A stretch of 63,145 bases of DNA, counting the filler, from Octopus bimaculoides (lineage: Eukaryota): NCBI RefSeq assembly GCF_001194135.2. It is 4 parts of 3 records of this genome, joined end to end, with 100 filler letters (N's around TTAATTAATTAA, not from the genome) between each part and the next. Parts side by side here need not be neighbours in the genome. Positions count along the whole stretch, not along the records: positions 44,251 to 55,210 come from NW_026315910.1; positions 55,311 to 63,145 come from NC_068984.1; 2 more parts are not named here. The stretch is one strand, 5' to 3'. A model generated the notes under the pieces. The model saw only the letters and a program-made list of their open reading frames with translations, did no database searches and was not told where the DNA came from. Positions 50,136 to 63,054 of the stretch are shown piece by piece (position 1 is the first letter of the stretch; every line of letters begins with the position of its first letter). The position numbers were made by a program, and so were the translations under genes.

Positions 50136-50742
50136 GTTGTGTTGTTTGTGCTGTAGTATAGTAGCGGTGGCAGTCTTTTCTGTGTGGCTGCAGTGTTGTG
50201 GTCTTTTGTATGTGGCTGTGTTGTAGTTTAGACTGTGGTAGAATTTATGTTACAATGCTTTTAGCATGACGTTTGTGTTGTAGTTTTGGCTGTAGTAGAG
50301 TTAGTGTTACAGTGTTCGTAGCATGCTGTTTGTGTTGTAGTTGTACTGTTTGTGTTATAGTCACTTCTATGTGCTCTGTTGTGATATTCTTGATGTCATT
50401 TCAGCTAGCTTTGTTGTGTGGTTCATGTGGCATCATGATCATTTGCCATGTGGGTAGTGTCTGTGCTGTAGCGCCTGCATTTAAACCTTGTGTTGTAGTA
50501 TCTATGTTTAGTGTTTATGCTGTAGTATCTGTGTATAGTGTTCGTGTTGTAGTACCTGCAGTACTCTTCTTGCCATGCGTCTCTTGTCAGAGTTAATTCC
50601 TTTAAATCTGTTGTACAGCTTCTGTAGTGTGACAATCATAGTTGTCTGTTGTGTTTTACGGTAATACAGGAGACTGTTGTGTTGTGAGCTAGTTTTGAGT
50701 TGCGTTGTGAGGTGTTTGCCCAGGTTTAATCCCTCTGGACTC

Positions 50743-50784
<42 letters not shown>

Positions 50785-51414
50785 TGTTGTACAGTTCCTA
50801 TTGTGTTGTGTGGTGTCTGCATTTGTATTGTTGTCGTTGTAATGCTTGAGTAGTTTTCTCTTCCCGCTGTTATTTTCACTGTGTTGTTTGTCTTAACTCC
50901 AACAGAATTATGTTATTTGCGTTGTGTGGCAGTACAGAAGTGGTGATCCTCTATGTGCCTTGTTGTGTTGCAGTATTATTTCGTCAGCCTTTTTTCTTCT
51001 GTGTTGCAATGCATGTTGTTGGTGCGGTTTGCGTTGTGGTTTGTGTTGTAGTCCAGTTTAATCCGTAACCCTTGTATTGCAATGTTCTTCATGTTGACAT
51101 CACCACTTTTTTTGTTATATTGGTTGTGGTATTGTGGTCTTCTATATGTGGTCGGTGTTGTAGTTTGGGCTGTAGTAATGTTAGTGTTACAGTGTTTTCA
51201 AAATGAGGTTTATGTTGTAGTTGTGGTGCTCGTTATGTCTTTTCTGTTAGTGTCGTTGTGTGGTCTTTCGGCATGCGGTGAGTGTTTGTGTTGTAGTGTA
51301 TGTGGTTACTGTTTCTGTTGATGTGGTAGCGTTTGTGTTATAGTATGTGTAGTGAGTGTTTACGTTGTAGTATCTGTGGTTAGTGTTGTAGAGTATGTGG
51401 TTAGTGTTTGTGCT

Positions 51415-51450
51415 GTTAACCTGGGTTCTCATCCCTAAGGTATTTTTCGA

Positions 51451-51485
<35 letters not shown>

Positions 51486-51555
51486 TCACTGCTTGGAATT
51501 GAACTCAGAATCTGGGGCTTAGTAGCCCGTGCTCTTAGCCATTAACGCTGTATGC
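51415..51555 (-). mobile_element. Short tRNA-derived SINE with (AAT)n
   Basis: Reverse complement reads taatggctaagagcacgggctactaagccccagattctgagttcaattccaagcagtgacctg(aat)n acatcgaaaaataccttaggg. Confidence 0.6.
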
Positions 51556-51668
51556 TCGTTTAAATAATGTACATAATTCCTCATCTCTTAAATATAGAAA
51601 CTGTACTAATGAGTTGTTTATGATATTGATTATTATGTATTGATTGTTACCAACCTTTCTTCTGGCAG

Positions 51669-51797
51669 GGCAAACACATACAAGACGAGTCGGTCCATAT
51701 ACGACCTCCCCATTTAGCACAATCAACCAGTCCTGTGAAGCAGTGGTGTCATAAACCAGAGGTGCTTATCAAAGGGTGCTGTAATTATATTGCTCAG
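51669..51797 (+). CDS. ANKS1B: ANKS1A/B orthologue, exon leading into the PTB domain
   Basis: ctttcttctggcag|GKHIQDESVHIRPPHLAQSTSPVKQWCHKPEVLIKGCCNYIAQ|gtactt. Phase 0/0. W.H.PE.LI...C.Y.A is the ANKS1 PTB start. Confidence 0.88.
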
Positions 51798-51989
51798 GTA
51801 CTTTGCTTTTCTCATTGGTCGATCTGTTACGCATGATGGTTTCTGATTGGTCAGTTGGTTAAACGTGTTGGTTTCTGGTCGATCAGGTGTGTTTGTTGGT
51901 TGATTCCTGACAAGGGTTTATGTACACTCGTGTTATGAGTTCTGTTTTCTGGTTTGTGTCCCTACACTGAAAACGCTATGAAAGGCTTT

Positions 51990-52367
51990 CTTAACCCTTT
52001 TGTCACCTTATTTCTGTTGAGATGTTCTGTGTTTCTTTCAATTAATTTTAAAGAATTTAGTAAAATAACTTTGTTATCGTTAAGCTAGTGTTAGGAACAT
52101 AAATTGTGACTAAGGTTTGGTGGAAGATTTTAATTCAGAACTTATGGAAACAAGACATTTGTACTCCAGAGCCAGAGGTGGTTTCAGCCAGGGGGTCAAG
52201 AATTGTTTCTCTATTATATATTCTAGCCATTTTGTTACCATATTTCTGTTGAGATGCTCTGTGTTTCTTTCAATTAATTCTAAATATAACAAAGAATTTA
52301 GTAAAATAACTTCGTTATCATTAAGCTAGTGTTAGGAACATAAATTGTGACTAAGGTTTGGTGGAAG
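51990..52367 (+). repeat. Two tandem copies (about 232-bp period) of a probable TTAA-flanked DNA-element fragment
   Basis: tatttctgttgagatg..gaatttagtaaaataact..ttaagctagtgttaggaacataaattgtgactaaggtttggtggaag is duplicated. The first copy starts TTAA|CCCTTTTGT (piggyBac-like end; inference). Confidence 0.55.
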
Positions 52368-53818
52368 NNNNNNNNNNNNNNNNNNNNNNNNNNNNNNNNN
52401 NNNNNNNNNNNNNNNNNNNNNNNNNNNNNNNNNNNNNNNNNNNNNNNNNNNNNNNNNNNNNNNNNNNNNNNNNNNNNNNNNNNNNNNNNNNNNNNNNNNN
52501 NNNNNNNNNNNNNNNNNNNNNNNNNNNNNNNNNNNNNNNNNNNNNNNNNNNNNNNNNNNNNNNNNNNNNNNNNNNNNNNNNNNNNNNNNNNNNNNNNNNN
52601 NNNNNNNNNNNNNNNNNNNNNNNNNNNNNNNNNNNNNNNNNNNNNNNNNNNNNNNNNNNNNNNNNNNNNNNNNNNNNNNNNNNNNNNNNNNNNNNNNNNN
52701 NNNNNNNNNNNNNNNNNNNNNNNNNNNNNNNNNNNNNNNNNNNNNNNNNNNNNNNNNNNNNNNNNNNNNNNNNNNNNNNNNNNNNNNNNNNNNNNNNNNN
52801 NNNNNNNNNNNNNNNNNNNNNNNNNNNNNNNNNNNNNNNNNNNNNNNNNNNNNNNNNNNNNNNNNNNNNNNNNNNNNNNNNNNNNNNNNNNNNNNNNNNN
52901 NNNNNNNNNNNNNNNNNNNNNNNNNNNNNNNNNNNNNNNNNNNNNNNNNNNNNNNNNNNNNNNNNNNNNNNNNNNNNNNNNNNNNNNNNNNNNNNNNNNN
53001 NNNNNNNNNNNNNNNNNNNNNNNNNNNNNNNNNNNNNNNNNNNNNNNNNNNNNNNNNNNNNNNNNNNNNNNNNNNNNNNNNNNNNNNNNNNNNNNNNNNN
53101 NNNNNNNNNNNNNNNNNNNNNNNNNNNNNNNNNNNNNNNNNNNNNNNNNNNNNNNNNNNNNNNNNNNNNNNNNNNNNNNNNNNNNNNNNNNNNNNNNNNN
53201 NNNNNNNNNNNNNNNNNNNNNNNNNNNNNNNNNNNNNNNNNNNNNNNNNNNNNNNNNNNNNNNNNNNNNNNNNNNNNNNNNNNNNNNNNNNATACAAAGA
53301 ATATATATACATGTATACACACATATATGTACATACTTACATCTACATGTGTATATACATGCATATCAGGGTACAGGACGTTAGAACAATAAACTACAGA
53401 CAACGGAACGAACACATAGGAAAACGGAAAGCCACTTGGAATATCCCTTCATCAGCTGTCTCTATTCTATCTAGACGTTTCGAAGACAAGACAGAACGTA
53501 CTCTAGAATAGTCTCTTCCTGAGTAGTGGATCAACCCACTACACAGAGGATTCCAAGGTGGCAAACACAAACCAGATATATATATATATATATATATATG
53601 ACTGTCACATCTTATGAAGGACTTATTTAAACAACCACCTGAGGAAGAGCATTTTAATACTGATTACACAATGCATCAAAGGTGTAAAAATGTGTTGAAA
53701 CAATTTGTAGGGATTTTAAATACATTATGTCGGTCATTCCATTTTCTATCATTTGCCTGTTTACATACACACACACGTTGTATATATATGATGTTTATGT
53801 ATGTTTATCTTTTTGCAG

Positions 53819-53890
53819 TATCTTGGTTCAGCTGTCGTTTGGCAGTTAAATGGCATTGATTCAACCCGTGAAGGGATTGCCAAGATGAAG
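53819..53890 (+). CDS. ANKS1B: ANKS1A/B orthologue, PTB domain exon
   Basis: tatctttttgcag|YLGSAVVWQLNGIDSTREGIAKMK|gtaaaa. 24 codons, phase 0/0. Resembles vertebrate YLGS.LIK.LRG.ESTQDACAKMR. Confidence 0.92.
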
Positions 53891-53992
53891 GTAAAAACAC
53901 TCCCTACTTTATATACACATCACAACATGGTCACCTCTCTCTTTACAGCTGTATGTATGTGTGTGTGCGTGTGTGTATATGTGTATTTATCG

Positions 53993-54155
53993 CAGGAGTG
54001 AGTGTGTGGTAAGAAGCTTGCTTCCCAACCACATGGTTCTGGGTTCAGTCCCACTGCATGGCACCTTGGGCAAGTGTCTGTCTTCTACTATAGCCTCGGC
54101 CCGACCAAAGCCTTGTGAATGGATTTGGTAGACGGAAACTGAAAGAAGCCTGTCG
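53993..54155 (+). mobile_element. SINE family A 5' half (a second truncated copy lies at 54563-54692)
   Basis: gcaggagtgagtgtgtggtaagaagcttgcttcccaaccacatgg..gggttcagtcccactgc..gacggaaactgaaagaagcc. Confidence 0.85.
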
Positions 54156-55728
54156 TATATTTTATTCCCCCCCCACCCGCCTCATTTTTTTTTTTTTCCA
54201 AAAAGAAAAGCTCTACATTGTATTTTGTCCATTCTGTGTTCGGCCCTGTGTGGCTAATAAAGAAACTTATCTATCTATTTGTCCATCTATCTATCTATCT
54301 GTCTGTCTGTCCCTCTGTCTATCTGTCCCCCTATGTGCCTGGTCCTGTCTGTCTGTCCACCCACCCATCCACCTATGTTAAACCAGTCGCTGGAGAGACT
54401 CGATGTAAGGGAGATAATCCACGATTTGATAGCATTTCAAACATTGTACAACGCTTCGCTCTCTCTCCCTCTCCCTCTCTCCTCCTCTACCACACTCCGC
54501 ACGTTCCATCTTTCTATCTCTTTCTCTATCACTTAACACACACACACACACACACAAACCAATGACTTGGTTCCGGGTTCACTCCCACTGCATGGCACCT
54601 TGGTCAAGTGTCTTTTATTATAGCCCTGGCACTGATTAAAGCCGTTGAGTGGATTAAATAGATGGAAACTGAAAGAAGCCCATCGTGTATATATATTAAT
54701 TTTTCGGCTATTCCCCCATTTTTCCTGTTTTTCCTTTATTTTTCTCAATTTTTTGTTTTTGATGTTTTCCTGAAAATTCTTCCTCTTTTTTTTGTTTTAT
54801 CCCATTTTCTCCCCCATCTTTTGCTTTTCTGTTTTATATTCCTTAATTTCTCCTCTATTTCCCCAATTTTCTGCCTCCACCCTCAATTTTTCATCATTTA
54901 TTTTCCTTAATTTTCAGCTTTTTAATATTTTTGTTTTTTTTTTCTGTTTTCTATCACATTTTTCTTTTCTGTTTTCTTTAAAAAAAACGAATTTCTCATC
55001 TATTAACCCAATTTTTCTATTTAACCCCCCCACCCCACAATTTTTCCTATTTTTCGTCTATTTTCCTCAATTTTCCAACTTTCAACATTTCCCCTTTTTT
55101 CCTGTTTTCCTCAAAACAGTCTCCTCTGTTTTTTTTTTCCAAATTTTTTCCCTCATTTTTGCTTTTCCTGTTTTCCTTTTTCATTAAAACTAATTTCCCT
55201 TCCATTTCTCNNNNNNNNNNNNNNNNNNNNNNNNNNNNNNNNNNNNNNNNNNNNTTAATTAATTAANNNNNNNNNNNNNNNNNNNNNNNNNNNNNNNNNN
55301 NNNNNNNNNNTATATATATATATATATATATACATATGTATGTATGTATGTATATATATATATATATATATACCTTTGCATATATGTATACATATATATA
55401 GATAGAAACATATATACGTACATACACGCATACACATCAGTGTGTGTGTGTGTGTGTGAAAATGTATGTGTGTATGTGTGAATGTGTGAGGATTAATGTA
55501 TATTTGTGTTTCACTATGTTGTGTCTTGCTAAACAAATTCCTTAAATTTCATTAGTTGCAAAGCATTATTATATTGCCAAGTTGTTATCGGTATAAAGCT
55601 AAATAAATCGTTGTATAGAGGTGTATATTGCTATATAAACATGAAATCATACATTTCTATCCCTCCCCTCTCTCCTCGTCTATCTTTCTCTCCATATACA
55701 TACCTACACAGAACCACACACGTATGTG

Positions 55729-55761
<33 letters not shown>

Positions 55762-55919
55762 TCTGTATGTATATATATATGCGTACATGCATATGTGTGT
55801 ATATATACGTACACGCTCACATATATACACGTGCGTGTAGTATTGTTCATTGTTTGCACGATCGAGAAACACAGACATAAATAACCCAGTACATTTACAT
55901 ACAGGCGCGCGCGCACAGG

Positions 55920-55962
<43 letters not shown>

Positions 55963-57174
55963 ACACATACACATATCTGTGTTCGTGTGCTGCATTTGTG
56001 TGTATGTGATTATATANNNNNNNNNNNNNNNNNNNNNNNNNNNNNNNNNNNNNNNNNNNNNNNNNNNNNNNNNNNNNNNNNNNNNNNNNNNNNNNNNNNN
56101 NNNNNNNNNNNNNNNNNNNNNNNNNNNNNNNNNNNNNNNNNNNNNNNNNNNNNNNNNNNNNNNNNNNNNNNNNNNNNNNNNNNNNNNNNNNNNNNNNNNN
56201 NNNNNNNNNNNNNNNNNNNNNNNNNNNNNNNNNNNNNNNNNNNNNNNNNNNNNNNNNNNNNNNNNNNNNNNNNNNNNNNNNNNNNNNNNNNNNNNNNNNN
56301 NNNNNNNNNNNNNNNNNNNNNNNNNNNNNNNNNNNNNNNNNNNNNNNNNNNNNNNNNNNNNNNNNNNNNNNNNNNNNNNNNNNNNNNNNNNNNNNNNNNN
56401 NNNNNNNNNNNNNNNNNNNNNNNNNNNNNNNNNNNNNNNNNNNNNNNNNNNNNNNNNNNNNNNNNNNNNNNNNNNNNNNNNNNNNNNNNNNNNNNNNNNN
56501 NNNNNNNNNNNNNNNNNNNNNNNNNNNNNNNNNNNNNNNNNNNNNNNNNNNNNNNNNNNNNNNNNNNNNNNNNNNNNNNNNNNNNNNNNNNNNNNNNNNN
56601 NNNNNNNNNNNNNNNNNNNNNNNNNNNNNNNNNNNNNNNNNNNNNNNNNNNNNNNNNNNNNNNNNNNNNNNNNNNNNNNNNNNNNNNNNNNNNNNNNNNN
56701 NNNNNNNNNNAAACACACACTGTCACATACACCAACATAAACACAAACAAACAATAAACAATTAGTATTATTTATTTCATTTATTTCTGACTTTTACTAA
56801 ATCCAGAAATTCTAAGAAACCAGAATCGATAAAAAAAGAATTCGATTTATGACTAATAATCTATTTTCTCAGTCCATGAAGGTACACTTAAAATGACGCC
56901 CACTGAGATTGAACGCAGAAAGTAAAGGGATATCAAGAAATACCTCTAGAATTATATTTCTAACTTTACTCCCGTTTCTGATATTCGCTACCCTAAAATT
57001 TACTAAGTACTAATAAATATAGGTTTTTTTTTTTAATTAGTTTTCAGATAACAGATATTATGCGCAACAAATTACTTAGATTTCTCATTAGACCCAGAAC
57101 TCATAAACCCGGAAATTAACCGGTTTCCAAGTCACTTAAGTAAGTGATATTACGACACTTTGCCCAGGACAGGA

Positions 57175-57350
57175 AGCCAGACTGTCACAGGGTTAACTTT
57201 CCAACTATCATTGGAACTCAGCTGAGTAGGCTGGAGCTACGTCGAATGACGTGCTGCGTCCAAGAACTCAACGCACTCAAGCGGGTCGGGGATCTAAACC
57301 CTGATCATAGAATTGTCAATACCCAAGGCACTAAGCACTAGACCCCTCGC
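57175..57350 (-). mobile_element. SINE with family C-like head/core, reverse orientation, diverged
   Basis: ctcagctgagtaggctggagc..gtccaagaactcaacgca..gggatctaaacc..cactaagcacta is the reverse complement of the family C core and head. Confidence 0.55.
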
Positions 57351-57469
57351 CTTCACCGTCAGTGACAAGATTTGTTTTTATAAATGCAATTATATTAATT
57401 GAAACAAAGCAATTACATTTTTAATCGACTAGATTAATTTTAAGCTTATCGGAGCCCAAGGGCAATGGA

Positions 57470-58650
57470 TTGGCAAAATCTGGGTTCAGATATTGCATTA
57501 AAATCTTGCCAAGATCAACTTTGCCGAAAGCCACTCCGGGATCGGTAACATAAAGTACCATCCACATACTAGGGTCAGTGTAATCGATCGATCTTTTTCC
57601 CCGGAAGTGCCTCAACTGGAATAATATTTAGAAGACTGGGCAGGCAGATTTGTTAAAGAGTCTGGTAAAATGCTTTCTAATATTTAGTGACAAGTTATAT
57701 TCAGAATTCGAATCCCGCTGAAATCTTTCAGGGTAGGCCGTTTAATCGTTTGATCCCATCATGTCAAAATTTTGACTAATGTAAATAGCAGGCAAAATCG
57801 ATTGAGCATCAACACAAAATGCTTATCGATTATTTGTTCCGTCACTTTACATTCTGAACAAACCTCCCTGTGATCAACTTTGCCATTCGTCATTTCGAGT
57901 TCGACGAAATAAAGCATCGGCCAAGAAACTGAGTAGATGTAATCGACTTGTCTCCTCCCCCAACATTTCAGGCCTTGTGATTATAATAGAAAGGATTATT
58001 AGCCTTATTAAGGCGCCGAGTTGGCGGAATCATTAGCACGCCAGGCGAAATGCTTAACGGTATTTCGTCTGCTGTTACTACGTTCTGAGTTCAAATTCCG
58101 CTGAGGTCGACTTTACCTTTCATCCTTTGGGTGTCGATTAAATAAGTACCAGTTACCCACTGGAGTCGATATAATCGACTTAATCCGTTTTTTTTTTTGT
58201 CCCCTCTGTGTGTAGCCACTTGTGGGTAGTAAAGAAATAAGAATCGTTAGCACATCGGACAAAATGCTTAGCTCATTACATGCTGAGTTCAAATTCCGCC
58301 GGGCTGATTTTGCCTTTCATCATTTCGTACATAAAATAAGTACCTGGGAAGCACTGGTTCGATTTATTTGACTACAAAACTTCAGGCTTTGTGCCTATTG
58401 TTAAAAGGATATAATTATTATTTTATAATATAAGGAGGCAAGTTGGCAGAATCGTTAGCGCGCTGGACGAAATGCTTCTCAGTATTTCGCCCGTCGCTAC
58501 GTTTTGAGTTCAAATTCCGCCGAGATCGACTTTGCCTTTCATCCCTTCTGGGTCGATAACTTATGCACCAGTAAAGCATTGGGGTCGATCTAATTGACTA
58601 CTCCTTTCGCCACCACATTTTTGAGGCCATGTACCTCCAAAAGAAAGGAT
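57470..58650 (+). mobile_element. Head-to-tail stack of about 5-6 SINE family B copies
   Basis: Repeated modules gaatcgttagc..gaaatgctta..gagttcaaattccgc..gactttgcctttcatc..aagtacc at about 57500, 57800, 58012, 58240 and 58435. Confidence 0.8.
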
Positions 58651-58914
58651 TATTATTTTATTAATATGGTATTCAGCTGAATCAACGGAAGCCTGCTCCG
58701 TCCAGAGAAATAGTAATTAATTACAATGAATTTTAGTTTGTAAAATATATTTCCAAGATCATGTTTTTTCAGATATGAAAGACATAAATACATATAACAT
58801 TTCTTAGATTCTCTTGAACCCATATTCTTGACAATAATCTTTCTACTTGTGGGTGTCTGTATGGATATCTATCTATCTATCTATCTATCTATCTCTTAAT
58901 TCATTTACCTCTCT

Positions 58915-58954
<40 letters not shown>

Positions 58955-59074
58955 TACATACATTTACAGATATCTATTTGTTGGAAGTTTAACATTATTC
59001 CTTTATACCTAGACTGCTTACTTGATATCTGTCAGGATTTTTTAATCCCAATCTTTTCTCCATTTTCTCTAACT

Positions 59075-60140
59075 GTTGGTGTTGGCATTTCCCAGAGTAT
59101 GGTTGCTTTCTCATTTTCTGTGACCTTTTCTGGCGTGTGCCTTTACCATGTTTTTTCTGTTGTTACTCCATAGTTTTGACATAGCTTCCAGTGTATGTAG
59201 GCCTCAGCTCTGTCGTGTCCGCTAATATATTCCTTCCTAGCCAGGACTGAGCAACCAGAGACAATATGATCTATTGTTTCTTCTCAATCACCACATATTC
59301 TGCAGTTACTTGTATTTCTTTTAATTGCATGTTTTTGGTAATTTCTGGTGGGAAGGCTTTGATTATGTGCTGCAATTAAAAATCCTTCAGTCTCTGCTTT
59401 GAGTCCTGAGCTTCACAGCCATTGTTGGGATTTTGCTTTGTCTAATTCTTTTGTTTAGTTTAACTAAGTATTTGTCATGAAGGGGCTTTTTTTGCCATCA
59501 TCTTATCATGATCCGTTGCTGTTCCAGTTTTAGTTTGGATTTCAGTTGTTTTACAGCTTTCGTTTTGTTTCTTCTTTTTCTTCATAGTTGTTAGGTACTA
59601 TGACTTCTTTTTTGTAGTTGTCAGCTTCCTTAAAGACTGAAAACAATTTTTTGCTTTATTCCTGTTTTTTGGCTATTTGTATTAGTTTTCCTAGCTTCTG
59701 AACTTGGTATTTCTGTAGTCCTATGGTGGTTATTTTGTAATAGTTTTCTAGCTGTATAAGGTCTCTGCCACCTTCGATGCGTTGTACATACAACCTTTCT
59801 ATGTCAGATATTCAGTGGTGCGTCTTAAATCCTATCATTATTTTTCTTGTTTCCCTGTCTATTTTGATTAGTCCATTTAGAGAATTGATATCTATTATCT
59901 TGCTTTTCACATTGAGCTCTGTTTTCAGTATTAATCTAACTCGCCTTTAGTATTCTTTTCTTATCTTCCCTTTCATTTGTGCGTGTTGTATCGTATCGAG
60001 TTCATTGATTCCCAAGTATTTGTATGTTAGGCTTAGGTCTAATTCTCTTATTTTATTAGCTTTATCTAGTGCGATGTTGCTACTCTTAACTAGTCTTCCT
60101 CTTTTCAAGGTTGCTTTGGCACATTTTTCTAAGCAAAATT
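59075..60140 (-). mobile_element. Degenerate R4/Dong-clade (restriction-like endonuclease) LINE fragment: RT C-terminus and CCHC zinc knuckle
   Basis: Minus strand reads KCAKATLKRG..TYKYLGINE..LYVQRIEGGRDLIQLE..GLKAETEGFLIAAHNQSLPTRNY..CRICGD*EETIDHIVSGC..HDR..YIHWKLC..HTPEKVTEN..ILW, with stops and frameshifts. Confidence 0.85.
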
Positions 60141-60149
60141 GCCTAAATT

Positions 60150-60900
60150 AGAAGGAATCATTGCAGGCAAAACTGAAATTTGAGGCAGGTTTGTGTGCTG
60201 TTGTTAGTATATCGCCTCACCATCAAACTTTATGATCTTCTACCTAAATTAGAAAGAATTACGGAGGGCAAAACTGAAATTTGGGGTTGATTTGAGTGCT
60301 ATATTTAGTATGACACCCTAACATCAAAATTGCTGGCCTCGAATCTAAATTAGAAATTATTCAAGGCAAAACTGAAATTTGAGTGAGACTTGACAGCTAT
60401 TTTTCTTATGTCGAGCGACCATAATAAGCGTTTTATCATGAGCTCATTATCTCACTTTAGAGTTTTCAGAAGAGTAAATAATTGAATAGTGGTCGTTTAG
60501 CTCAGGGTCAGCTTTAATCGAGCAAATCTATGATGTAAAGCATTCCAACCGCTTTTCAGATATGCTGTATCTAGGACTACAGTATCCAATGTATATGTCC
60601 TTTTATATTTAAGACGATAGGGAGTGTGTATTGGCGGAGATTTGGTTGATATATCTAGCTTGTGAAGCGACCACACAAAGGCTTTCCCTTCCTGGCTCGT
60701 AAATTACTGAGATGTGTGTATATGAGTATGGTTGGTTGTACATGTTTAAACCCTTAACCATCATTCAAACTTGAGCGTATATTTCCTTTATCGAGGACTA
60801 AATTGTCCAATGATTCTTTAGTTTTTCGAGACATTAGATTGTTGAGGTTCAGCTACTATTTTTAGCATGACAAACGACTATTTAGAGGCTCCTTCATTGG
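60150..60900 (+). repeat. Dispersed repeat family D and related degenerate modules
   Basis: ttagctcagggtcagc..gtatctaggactacagtatccaatg..ggagatttggttgatatatctagc..gcgaccac, preceded by three repeats of ctaaattagaa..ggcaaaactgaaattt. Confidence 0.55.
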
Positions 60901-61099
60901 CTTTGATTTGGTATCTGGTATATCACCATTGGACTACAGATATGAGCAACCATCAAGAGATTTGTGAACGAACTAAGAAACAAAGCTTAAGATAACACAC
61001 ACATACACATATATGTGCACACATGCACACACATATATTTACATCCACACACACATACTCATATATGTACACACATACACACACATACATATTTATGTA

Positions 61100-62068
61100 C
61101 TCTCATTTCATACACACATATACATACATATATATATATGCAAACACACATACGTATATATGCATACATAGGCACATATATACATACACAAATACTCATG
61201 TGTGTGTCTGTGTGTGCGTGTGCGCGTGTGTGCGCGCGTGTGTGTGCGTGTGTGTGTGCGCGTGTTTGTGCTCGTGTGTAAGTGTGTGTGAGTGCATGTT
61301 TACACACCCATTCTTAGACGCGCAAACAAATACACACACACACACANNNNNNNNNNNNNNNNNNNNNNNNNNNNNNNNNNNNNNNNNNNNNNNNNNNNNN
61401 NNNNNNNNNNNNNNNNNNNNNNNNNNNNNNNNNNNNNNNNNNNNNNNNNNNNNNNNNNNNNNNNNNNNNNNNNNNNNNNNNNNNNNNNNNNNNNNNNNNN
61501 NNNNNNNNNNNNNNNNNNNNNNNNNNNNNNNNNNNNNNNNNNNNNNNNNNNNNNNNNNNNNNNNNNNNNNNNNNNNNNNNNNNNNNNNNNNNNNNNNNNN
61601 NNNNNNNNNNNNNNNNNNNNNNNNNNNNNNNNNNNNNNNNNNNNNNNNNNNNNNNNNNNNNNNNNNNNNNNNNNNNNNNNNNNNNNNNNNNNNNNNNNNN
61701 NNNNNNNNNNNNNNNNNNNNNNNNNNNNNNNNNNNNNNNNNNNNNNNNNNNNNNNNNNNNNNNNNNNNNNNNNNNNNNNNNNNNNNNNNNNNNNNNNNNN
61801 NNNNNNNNNNNNNNNNNNNNNNNNNNNNNNNNNNNNNNNNNNNNNNNNNNNNNNNNNNNNNNNNNNNNNNNNNNNNNNNNNNNNNNNNNNNNNNNNNNNN
61901 NNNNNNNNNNNNNNNNNNNNNNNNNNNNNNNNNNNNNNNNNNNNNNNNNNNNNNNNNNNNNNNNNNNNNNNNNNNNNNNNNNNNNNNNNNNNNNNNNNNN
62001 NNNNNNNNNNGTGTGTGTAAGTGTGTGTGAGTGCATGTTTACACACCCATTCTTAGACGCGCAAACAA

Positions 62069-62113
<45 letters not shown>

Positions 62114-62300
62114 TATATACATATAACTTTGCGTGTACATATATATATATGCAAACACACATACGTATATATGCATACATAGGCACATATATACATACAC
62201 AAATACTCATGTGTGTGTCTGTGTGTGCGTGTGCGCGTGTGTGCGCGCGTGTGTGTGCGTGTGTGTGTGCGCGTGTTTGTGCTCGTGTGTAAGTGTGTGA
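61100..62300. repeat. Composite tandem repeat of about 270-bp unit spanning an N gap
   Basis: The block atgcaaacacacatacgtatatatgcatacataggcac..cccattcttagacgcgcaaacaaat occurs on both sides of the gap. After the gap the period is about 271 bp (62016 to 62287). Confidence 0.7.
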
Positions 62301-62505
62301 GTATATGTTGTGGATTTATGTGTGTACGTATATATTCATCGGGTGTATATATAAGTGTGAGTCGTGCCCCATGTGTTTTTATTAAGGTTAACATTACACA
62401 CGTGAGTACATATAAGACACGTTAACATACATTGCACACAACTGATGTATATGTATACCCACCGTATCGTATAAACACACACACAAACATATATACATAT
62501 ACATA

Positions 62506-62540
<35 letters not shown>

Positions 62541-63054
62541 CCATGTATTTATCTATGCATGTTTTGTACGGATGTATCTATATAGGTTTGAATGATTGTA
62601 TCCGCGACGGCGCACGCCTGTATGAGCACATCCCCAAGAAACTGTACAATAACGTACGAAAGCCGAGACAAATTTCTTAATTAGGCAAAGTGTTTTAGAT
62701 TTCCTAGTAAAGGTAAATGAGATTATGTGACCTTCATGCGTTTTTTAACAAAGTTATTATAGTACACTGCATAAAAAAAAAATTGCTTGCAAACATCATT
62801 CGCAACAGGGTCGCAACCTCGACTTGTCTGTAGATTAAATTTTACTGCAATACGTTTATCTAGAAATCAAGAAATCTGGTTTATATCGGCACAAGCATGG
62901 ATCATAAGTCTGTTGTTAGGAAGTTTGCCTCGCATCTACACGGTTCTTTTTCTCGATCCCACCGCACAGTACCTGGGGCTGCTTTTTCCGGCCGTAATTT
63001 AGGCACGACCAAATGCATTATGAGTGAAGAATAATAGGCAAAATTATGCTCATC

